64,000 nt of DNA, taken from the human T2T-CHM13v2.0 reference genome, Homo sapiens. Positions 42,181 through 52,428 of the stretch are shown in pieces. The stretch lies in assembly GCF_009914755.1 (NCBI RefSeq), contig NC_060926.1; one strand, written 5' to 3'. Each line of letters starts with the position of its first letter. Position 1 is the stretch's first letter. The position numbers were made by a program, and so were the translations under genes. The notes beneath the pieces were generated by a model. The model ran no database searches and had not been told where the DNA came from. It was given only the letters and a program-made list of their open reading frames with translations.

Positions 42181-43099
42181 GTATGCCAAGACCACAGAAT
42201 CAAGAGTAGATAGGATTCTAGGGTAACCCTTATTACACTGGCACATCTAATCTCCCTATAATAGAAATGAAGAGAAATTAAGTCACTGGAGTCACTGGGA
42301 CTGGTAGAGCACACAGCAATGCTCTCAATAGCATGAAGAGTAGTCACTAACATCAGTTGCTCCAACACAAGTTGCATATTGATATTTAGCCATGAACAAA
42401 CAGCCTTAGGTAAGCCTCGTGTTGAGGGGAAGGAAGTTCTTCCTCCTATATATTTGGAATTTTTAGGTGGAACAATAAATCTGTTTGTTTAATGATTTCA
42501 CAAAGTCTAAGAAGAATCCATTGCATTCCCCAAAATAAGTACACTGGAGATAAGAAATTGACACGCAGTGTTGGGAAGTTCTGCTTGGATGGGTAAAATC
42601 TTCAAGTCAGCCATTGGAGGCAAAGTCACAAGCCTCACATCAGAGACTGAAGCTATAAATTCACTTTTGTTCTCCATTTCTTAAGGAGCTAAAATAAGAT
42701 AAAGGAGAAACCAAAAAGGACTGAAGGCTAAAGGGGCAGACAAAACTCTCCAGGTAAGAGCAGCAGGGCAAAGCCATAGGCTAGCGTGCCCAACAACTAC
42801 AGGAAAGCCCTAGTCACTGGAAGCTCATTCATTTAAGTGGCCCTGTCTCCAGCAAGCAGTGCTGGGGGCTGACCTGTCAGGATCAGCTTGTAAAGAGATA
42901 GTTATCCAAAGTCTAGGAGAGAGTGGCAGAACACTGATTTGAGTTTGCCAAATCTGTTTGGCTGCTGTACTTCTCTAGCAGCGTACAAAAAGATGATAGG
43001 TAAGATGTAACTAAATACCTCGCCCACGAATGCTGGAAATGTTTCATTTGGTTTGAAATCTTGAAGCTAGATATGAAGAAAGAAATATATAATTTTAAA

Positions 43100-43336
43100 G
43101 CTAGTACCATTTATTGATCATTTTCTATGTCAGGCACTGTATTGAGTATTTTGTAAACGTTTTCCTCTTAGCTTCATTTCATCTTCATCACCATCCTAGG
43201 ATAAGGGAATTAGTTGATATTCAGCAAAGATAAAAACTTGCACAAAATTCTATAATTAGTTGAGAAGCAAGGATTTGAATCCAGGTCTGTTTGATGATAA
43301 GCCCATGCTCTTGATCAGTAAACTATACTGTTCCTC
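43100..43336 (-). mobile_element. MIRb SINE
   Basis: CATTTATTGATCATTTTCTATGTCAGGCACTGT...GGATTTGAATCCAGGTCTG...CCCATGCTCTT. Confidence 0.8.
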
Positions 43337-44877
43337 AATATCATCTTGGAGTTTGGAATCATCTCAATGTACAAGTAACAAACATGAACATCCCAGGATT
43401 CTCTTTCACCACTCGGATTTTTGTTAACACAACTATACCCACCAAATGATTTCTGCCTGGTCTGCATCTTCTAAATTTCCTATATATTCCCAGGAATGCA
43501 CTCTTGAGCTCAAGGATTTTAAATTTTGATACCTCATGAAGGCAAGATTAGCAAGACTGATGCTCCCATTCAACAAAAGTTAAAATCCTTTGTTCATATC
43601 ATATTTATTTACTGAAAGAAATAAATGTAGATTTTCAGATTCTTATTTACTCACCTGAGTTTTCATTTCATGTTATTTCAGGAAGATTTTTCTTTCTGAG
43701 TAACAGGAGATTTTAAAAACAATAGATAAATAATTGTGATATGGTGAGCCTCAGAAAACCAGAAAATTTGCACAGCACTGGAAAGTAAATGTGACATGCT
43801 TCTGTCCACTCAGTCATATTAGAGCATAAAAAGTCACACCATTGGGACACAATGATGACATCTATACTATCAGGACTGGAGTGACAACAATCATAACCAT
43901 GCTGACTAACTGAAGATAAAGAATTTTCCTGAAGATACCATTAAAACATTTGTACTTTGTCTTCACATATCATTAAAGAAACACAGAAATATCTTATTTT
44001 GAAGATCTCACTTACATATAGGGCCAATTCATTTATTGATGTGAATCAAAGAGAGTAGAACAGGGAATAATCCCAAAGTCCCTTTGGGCTATGAAGTAAG
44101 TGGGTTTGGATATTTCCTTTTTTATATAGGAATTTTGTTTTTATATCCCTACTCTTGACAAACTCAAAAAGGAAAAAAAAATTGGTTTCATAATTCCTCA
44201 GACATATCTATTTCCTCTTTGTCAACAATACCATTGTGGACTCTGTACAAAATGAAATAGATTCAATTCAGAAAATGCTTATAAGCTATTCAGTTTTCCC
44301 AGTTGGTCCCATTGCTTGACACCTTCTTGAAATTATCTGTGCTGGGAATAATTAACTCTCATTCAAGCTGATGTTTTGTATGACTCTTTATCTTTCTATG
44401 TATATATCACAGGCACAAAGATCTCCGACAACATTTAAGCTTATAAATATATCGTATTTACTATGTCTCTCATTTTATCTTTGATGCAGAACCCATAATC
44501 CATTAATTCTTCCTAATTAATCTGTGGTTAGTCTCTATCCTTTTCCTATAGTATGTACAGTAACATTTTTTTCAGATATTTCAGACCCCACTCTCCGCTA
44601 CATCCTACAGGTAAAGGAATTTCTTTGCCAAGCATTTTGATTCTGTTATTTCACTTCCCTAGGCCACTCTGGGGCTGTCCACCCTCTGAAATTCAAACTG
44701 AAATTTCAAAGGAAAGTGCTGTTTTTAAGTAGCACTCTTTAGAAAAGACTTTTGCAGTCTTCTCAAGAAAGTTAGCTCCTGCAAACTTGCTGAAATCATT
44801 TATTATCTCCAATAGGTGTTTTTTAAAAACTTAGGATTTTTTATATTCCAAACCAAATCTATACATAGATATAGATT

Positions 44878-45612
44878 TGTTTCTGCCTATTTAATCTGGA
44901 TGGGCTTTTTTTCCTTGCCTAATTGCTCTGGCTACAATTTTCCCTACAAAAATGCTGAATCGAAGCAGTGAGAGAATACATACTTTTCTTGTTCTTGATT
45001 TTAGAAGTGTATATTTCAGTTACCACTAATATGATGTTAGCTGTGGACTTTTCATGAATATCTTTTATCAGATTGGCAAAGTTTCCTTCTATTATATCTC
45101 TATAAATCACCAACAATCTAAGAATAAAATTAAGAAAATAGATCCTTTTACAACAGCACCAAAAATAATAAAATACTTAGGAATAAATTTAACTAAGTAT
45201 AATGAAATATGATTCAACCATAAAAGAGAATAAAATCATAGTGTTCTGCAGAACTGGAGGCCATTATCCTAAACAGAAAGTCAATACTATAATACATGTT
45301 CTCGCTTACAAGTGGCAGCTAAATTATGTGTACACATGGACACAGAATGTGGAATATAGTCACTGGAAATTCAGAAGGATAGGAGAGTAGAAGCTGGGGT
45401 GAGGAAAGAGAAATTATGGGTACAATATATATTATTTGGGTGATGGTTACACTAAAAGCTCAGACTTCACCACTACGCAATATATCCATGTAACAAACCA
45501 GCACTTGTACCCCTTTGATTTATACCAAAAAAGAAATATAAGAAAGTGTAAGACTTGTACCTTGAGAACATTGAATGAAATTAATAAACACTTAAATAAG
45601 TAGAAAGACACA
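44878..45612. mobile_element. old L1M ORF2 fragment with internal inversion (minus 44878-45093, plus 45095-45197 and 45540-45612)
   Basis: antisense TTGCCTAATTGCTCTGGCTA...ATGATGTTAGCTGTGG, then sense AATAAAATACTTAGGAATAAATTTAACTAAG...AAAGTGTAAGACTTGTAC. Confidence 0.7.
45199..45538 (+). mobile_element. L1PB4-like 3' fragment
   Basis: TTTGGGTGATGGTTACACTAAAAGCTCAGACTTCACCACTACGCAATATATCCATGTAACAAA. Confidence 0.88.
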
Positions 45613-45704
45613 AAAGAAAAAAGTTAGCTTCTTATTGCTCATTGCCATCACCATACCTTTTACACATCTCTATTTTATAACACTTTCCACTCAGAAGAGC
45701 ATTG

Positions 45705-45845
45705 GTTCATTATTTGATGCCTCATTAAGCTGTCAGCTCCTTGAATAGAGGAATCATGGTTTATATATCTTATAAATCCAGAACCTAGTATTTTGCTTGG
45801 TGTGAAGTGGCACCCACTAAATGTTTGATCAATAAATAAATGAAG
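45705..45845 (+). mobile_element. L2 3' end fragment
   Basis: CTGTCAGCTCCTTGAATAGAGGAATCATG...CCAGAACCTAG...TAAATGTTTGATCAATAAATAAATGAA. Confidence 0.7.
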
Positions 45846-45991
45846 ACTCTATTAATTGCCATCACCATATTTTTACATATGACAACTTTCCTTTCAATCC
45901 TATCCAATGAGTCCTGTATAAAAGACTCCACAAATTCAAATTTAAATTATCCTGCCTCCAGGTTATGGCAAAACATTCCCTCATTGAGAAT

Positions 45992-46208
45992 GCAGAATTG
46001 CAAAGTGACTTGTAGAGTTACTCAAAATAAAAATCTTTCTAAAAGTGATTCCCATTCTCTTAACAGAGAAAATCAGAGAATCTAACTTCAATGACCTTCC
46101 CCTCCTATGTCAAGTCTGGCCCTTTCAAAGTGCTAATCAATATTAAGCTTATCTCTTTCAGAAATATTTTTATTTTAACTAACTCTACAAGTCACTTTGC
46201 AATTCTGG
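45992..46208. repeat. long inverted repeat (57-bp arms, 101-bp spacer); candidate MITE
   Basis: 45993-46049 vs reverse complement of 46151-46207: 52/57 identical, outer 28 bp perfect. Confidence 0.9.
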
Positions 46209-46231
46209 TTGAGGATAATCATGATGGCAAA

Positions 46232-46385
46232 GAATACTATTAATTAAGAGTCTACTATGCTAATCTCTTTATGTCAATTATCTCTTGTCTTTGCAACAGT
46301 TTTAAAATTTATGTAATGAATGTAATATAATCCCCCATTTTACAGATAAACAAACTCAAGCTGAAAACAGAATAAATAATCTGTT
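46232..46385 (-). mobile_element. MIR fragment
   Basis: ATCCCCCATTTTACAGATAAACAAACTCAAG. Confidence 0.65.
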
Positions 46386-46419
46386 AGTCCCACTTTTTTT
46401 GTTACTGACAAGGACACAG

Positions 46420-46556
46420 TCTTGTATTAAAGAAACAGCAAGCACTTTAGAGTTTGTTACATCTCCTCTCAAATTCTACCTTGACCATTCATGACCTATA
46501 GGACTACTTAACCAGTCTGACCATCAGTTTGCTAACTTACAAAAAGAGGATAAGAA
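46420..46556 (+). mobile_element. MIR fragment
   Basis: CTCAAATTCTACC...TACTTAACCAGTCTGACCATCAGTTTGCTAACTTACAAAAAGAGGATAA. Confidence 0.5.
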
Positions 46557-48354
46557 GCCCAAGAATTCAGTTTCCTTTTTTGTCATCCCCAACCATATTT
46601 TATTCTACATGCTAGCTATCAGTAAATGGCTTTGATCACAGGGATATTTGTAATAGTTGCTGTATTTTCTCTACATGAACAATACAAATGAAGAAAGCGG
46701 ATATTGTGATTCTTTATCACCCCAAAATACTTACCAAGTTATTTTATATTTACCATTGTTCTGTATAAGCGCTGCATTATTTAAGATTTTTAAAAACTAA
46801 TGAACTGTTGCAATTTCTAGTTAATCATGCAGCAACTAGGTAGACCTACTACTGCCACTTCAAAAAAATAAGCTAAGAAAAATATAACTGTACTACATTA
46901 AAAATGAGAGACTTTCCAGATAGAAAAGTAAGAAAAAAAATAGTTTAGAAATCATAACATTATTTCCATTTCATCAGGGGAGGCTTTACCAGGATAACAG
47001 CATTTAAAATAATTTTCTAATGGAATCTTTTAGTATATACCTGAATGGTCGTTTCTCGTCCTCAAAATCACAAGGGGAGATTTGACAACCTCAGTTTCTT
47101 AATGTAGCTATTTGAAACACTCCTTCATCACAGCCCTATCTCCATGCTTAGTTAATGCCCTCTGCAACCTTAAAATGGGAACCAAATGTCTCCTGTCAAG
47201 AAAGAGCCTTAGCACATAGTAATATAACCAAATGTTACAATTTATCTTTTGACTGCTCTGGAATTTTCCTGTCAGGGTGCTATTTCTAACTGATTTGGTG
47301 ACATTCCCTGGTTTTTGCTTCCGACACAGTCAGAAGGGGCTCCTGAAAATTATTGATCAGCTGTGGCCCTGCAGTGAGAGTCTGAATGCCATTCAGTAAC
47401 ATCCCTTGCCAAGAAAGAGCGATATGCTGCAAGTTGTCGTGAAATTCCCACCATGCTGGTTTCCTTTAGGTTCATTGATGCCTCAAAAGGAAGCCTGAAA
47501 AGCAGAGAGACGACTGATGTGGATGGCAAGAGAAGGAAACGCATGTGGGATTTAAAGGTAGCATCAAGAAACATTTGTTAAAAAACATAAAACTCTCTCG
47601 GGTGCATGGAGGCACCCTCTCTAGCACTGCTGTTTCAACACCGGCGCTCTGCAGTCCTTTATTCTCTGGTCTTCTCAAAGGGCTACTGAGCCATAAGCAA
47701 TAACACAACAGGGAGTACTTATGTCAGCCCCCACACACATTTCTGTGAACTGAAATATGAGGTGTGGCTAAGTAGACCTCACTGTTGCCGGGGTCTACAT
47801 ATTTTATCTGCACACTCACTCCCTAGAATGGCTCTCCTATTACAGCCCTGATTGTAGCTAAAAACAATAAATGAAAATATGCTGAAAGATGACAGTCTAA
47901 AGTCATAATGGAAATTACAGGCACATAAAGTAGCACCGAGGTGCCTGGATGGCCATTTGACTAGGAGTACAGATGCCCTATCCAGATGAACCAGAACAGC
48001 CCGCGGCTCCCGCTTTGTAGCTGTAAAAGGTGCACTCAGCACATTGAAACCTGGAAACCTCGAGACTTGGTTTTCCTGGTAGCAACACCATGCCACTTCT
48101 TTAACTTGTACTCATAAAGTTCCTCGGACACTGTCCACCACAAATAAAAGCCACTCCAAGCTGAGGGTCACGCCCACGCTAGCATGACACAAATAGCTGA
48201 ATATGTCTCATGTGGGACCTACTGCATCAAATAACACTGGTGGGACTGAGAATGTTGAATTCTCTCCTCTCTCCGAATAGGCTGTATGTCCAAGTCATTT
48301 CTGAGCCCTGTCATGGAAACTCAGTGGAAGAATGACTGTAATATTCTTAGAAAG

Positions 48355-48540
48355 AATAGCCCTGTTCTAAAATGTAGGAATTAGTATTCTATGACCAAAA
48401 AAAAGTGATTCCATAGTCAATACATTTGGAGAGTTCTTTGCCACATCCTGAAGATATGCAGTAATAAAGTATTGGAATGTATTTTTTATGAAATGCCATT
48501 TCATGTACTATTCCATGAAACATAGTTTGGAAATCACTAC
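48355..48540 (+). mobile_element. MER103-like hAT-Charlie
   Basis: AAAAAAGTGATTCCATAGTCAATACATTTGGAGA and TTCCATGAAACATAGTTTGGAAATCACT. Confidence 0.55.
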
Positions 48541-48897
48541 TTTAGTCATCTGAAATGACAGGTCTGATAGGTCTCAGGAAATTCTTGTGCCCCTCTTCTT
48601 TTTAATCTAAATTTTCCTTATTTTATCTTCATTATCTAACAGAAATACTAAGTCCAAACTCAGGTTATTCCAAATAAAATTGAGAAGCAATATGTTACAA
48701 GATAGTTATAGAGGTTCTACATAGGGCTGCCCTTAATTACTCTAGAAACCAAATAATTTAAAGATCTCTTAGAACTTGAAAAAAAAACTAAATCCTTATG
48801 CTAGAGAGCAAAGCTAATTCACCTTCACTAACTATTATTTTTATTTTGAGAATTATAGAATTTTTGGATGGTGATAAACATTTTTAAATTTTACTGC

Positions 48898-49120
48898 AGT
48901 TTCAAGACCAGCCTGGGCAACACAACCAGACCCCATTTCTAAAAATAAAAAAAAGCTAGCTGGGCAAAGTGGCATACACCTGTAGTCCCAGCTACTTGGG
49001 AGGCTAAGGCATGAGAATTGCTTAAGCCTAGGAGTTGGAGGATACATTGAGCCATAATCGTACCACTGTACTCCAACCTGGGCAATAGAGTGAAGCCCGA
49101 CTCTAAACAAGAAAAATGAA
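48898..49120 (+). mobile_element. AluJ, 5'-truncated
   Basis: TTCAAGACCAGCCTGGGCAACA...TTGCTTAAGCCTAGGAGTTGGAGG (J-type). Confidence 0.9.
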
Positions 49121-50670
49121 AATTTTATCACTGTTGTAAAGGGGCCATGTGTAGTTAACACTATTGCAGTATTAACTACTACGCAAATTTATACCCCCAA
49201 ATTCTGCCCCACCTTCACCAACATCAGTACCTCTGTTTGGAATGTCTGAAGCAAAACAAGCACTGCATTCAGCAAACTGCTCTTGCCATATAAGGATAAT
49301 ACTTTCCTACCCACTAATTCATTCAATTTCTTCTATTGTGGTTACTTTGCAGTGCATTGATCTCTAGATACCTGGATTTAAAACTTTCTTTGTGCCTTTT
49401 AGCAGCAATTGATGAATTTAAAATGCCATGAGAGTTTAGTTTCTATACTGAAACTAAAGAAATTCTTCACTCTTTTCCTCTCTTATTGCACTTTTTTTAA
49501 TCTTCCTTTTGTCCTCTATCTCCTGCTTATCCCTCTCACCTTCTCTCCACCAGCCTCACTCTCTTGATCCATCAGACACAGCCCAGCCATCTGATAGCTA
49601 TACCTTAAAGTAATTTTGGACAGAAGCAAAAGGCCCTGGAATCCTTAGTAATCCGCTTCAGATCCAGCTACTGAGCACTAGTTAGGCTCCTGAACAGCCA
49701 ACCATCTTTTCGGGCAACTACCTTGGAAGTTGAAAACCTGTTAGAGCATCTGTGGAATAACATGAGCCCTGAAACAAAGTCATACAAATAAAAGAAAATG
49801 TGCTTTAGGTGTTACTTTAAGGCACCACTGAAACAATTGAAAGGAAGACAGGCTCTAGGTGATCTCTATTGATGGACCTCAAAGTGGCTTAGAAGCAGTC
49901 TGGTCATTTTGCCTGCATTTCCGGTGTCATTAGGCCTCTGCCCTGAAAACCAAGGAGCTTATTTAACTGCACAGAGCTTCCTGTCTGAGAATGAATAGCA
50001 AACCTGAGAGAATGCATATTTGAGAGTGACTCATGGGGCAAGCAACACATGCACAGAGCATTCCAGCCCAGCAACGCCTTCTACTTTGTTTAAGGGGAAG
50101 TTAGCTGTGCAGACATGCTTGCTATAGCTGCTTCCATCCTGCTTTCTGCCCCCAACTTCCACAAAAGCCCTCTCTGCACTCCTCCCTGGAAAAAAGAATG
50201 CTATGCTCTTACCTCTGCCCACCCACCTTTGACTCACTGTTCCCTGATTAGCTTTCCCTCACTAATTCGTCTACTTCTTTACTCTCTCCCCTACACCTGC
50301 TTCCTGACTATATTGCATCAAGCCAAAATATTTGACAAGGATCTGCAAATATGCAAAATTAATAATTCTGCTAAGCCCAGTTTAGAATTACATCTCTGTC
50401 GTTGAGATCATGTCAGAAATTATTCCAATGTTTCAACAATTTCATTTTTGCCCAGTGCAAGGAATATTTTTAAGCAGATAATTTTGTTTCTGCACCAGAC
50501 TGCCAATATTAACAACTTCAAATGCACAAAATGTAATGCATTCCCAGGAAATCATGTAACATCATCCATTGCCTCTTCTTAACATAAGCCTCTCTTTTGT
50601 ATCTCATCTCCTTTCTATTCATCACTTTACACTCCTCCATGACTCCCTTGCATCGCCATTTAGTTTCCAA

Positions 50671-50716
50671 GCCCCTCCCTCCCTCCCTCTCCTCTCCTCT
50701 CCTCTCCTCTCCCTTT
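50671..50716. repeat. (CCCT)n/(CTCCT)n pyrimidine repeat
   Basis: ccctccctccctccctctcctctcctctcctctcctctcc. Confidence 0.85.
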
Positions 50717-52428
50717 CTAGTCTTCCCCAACTGAAAGAAATACCTCATCTGGCCATTTCTGGTCACCTTGCTACAACCTAACAAGGCAAGCCATCTTTCC
50801 TTTCCCATTTCCACCCTATTCTTCACCCCAGCTCATCCTCTGGTCCCAGGACAACTAAGCTGTGCAAGATTGGGACAAGGATCAGGAGCAGGAAATTTAA
50901 CAATGGCAGAGCTGTGACAAGTTAATTCAACTCCTGCTGTTAAATTAACCAGCGTTCCAGCCGAGTTAACGCGTCACCCAGTTTCAAAAGGTTAAGCTCC
51001 AAGCTTAATCTTATTCATCATTATGAACTCTTCAAATTGGCTGAAATATTTAAAATTCAGTGAAATGAAAGGACCGCAGGAAACATTTAAGAGCCAACTA
51101 CCCGGTCTTCAAAAAATGGAGAAATAATCTACAAAGATTAGGAAAAGAAGGCTTCAGAATGGGTGAATGGAGACACTTGAGAACCAGGTTAGAGTGAATA
51201 ATAAAAGGACATTGAGGACAAGGGCATCTTATCTTCCCACTATCATGAAGAGATTCAGGCGTTAGGAAGAAATTTAATGGAGCACCCTGAAAATGCTTGT
51301 CCTATCTCATCATAAGCAACAGACCAAAACTGAATGCTAATGAAAAGGGCATGTACAATAATACCCACTGAGCTCTCTGTTTCTCTTTGGATTTCGGACA
51401 CAGATGGGAGGTGGGTCACAGTGTACCCCTCCACTTATCACTGACTGGGAGGGAGATCTCAGCCCCCTGTGTGCTCTCTACTCAGGCTTCTGTGACAGTG
51501 TAGAGGCCATGTGAATTTTCAGAGAAGGAGCTGTGCAGTGGAAAATAACACTAGGAGCACTGAGCCTAGCATTTCTTATTTAGCACAATGTTTAGTACAC
51601 AATAGGGCTTAATAAACGTTAGTTCTATTATTATTATTACTTTTACTATACACCTTTGATCTCAAACGTCTGCAAACTTTTGAACAGAATAACAACTGAG
51701 ATAGAGGGAACTGATATTCCACATGCATCCCTTCCCCTTCCTCAATCTCTCGCCCCACATGGAAGCATATGGAGCTGTCTGAAATGTTCTTTCAGGTACG
51801 CATGAGCTCAAGCTACCAACTCTGCTACCCAGTACTTTTCACACAAATAGCTGCATTCTTCCCAAACTAGTCCTCATGTCTACATTTCTTTTTTACTCCT
51901 GCTTGCCACTTCATACGTGTTCTTACAATTTCCTTCATGCTTTGCCTCTTCTCAGAAGGTTTTTGTATTTGGAACATCTGTAATTACACCTCAGCTTCTT
52001 GAAAGAGGTATTTTTAAAAATTATAATTACTTTGCTTTGTTGATTGTATATTTGGTCTGTTTTTTGCATATTTTATTAGATTATAGGTATCTACAGGGCA
52101 TAGATCAAGCCTACTTTTAATATACACTCTGTATGCCTAGAACAATCATGTGCACCTCTTGAGTTCCTTATGTCGGTGAGCATCTATATAACCTCCATCT
52201 TAATTTTGTACATATTTACTTCTTTTCTCTCTCTTTTGTATACAGACACGCACATGCACATGCGCGAGATAGTCCTTTTCAGTTCATATGCTACCTTTAA
52301 TTGTTCTGTTCTAATTACATTGGCAAAAATCCCCAATCCCCTGTTAAAGACTAGTGAAGATGGGAAGCATCTTGCCTTGACTTTGGCAGGTATACTTCTA
52401 CTATCTCCCCACTAAGTAAGATGCTGAG

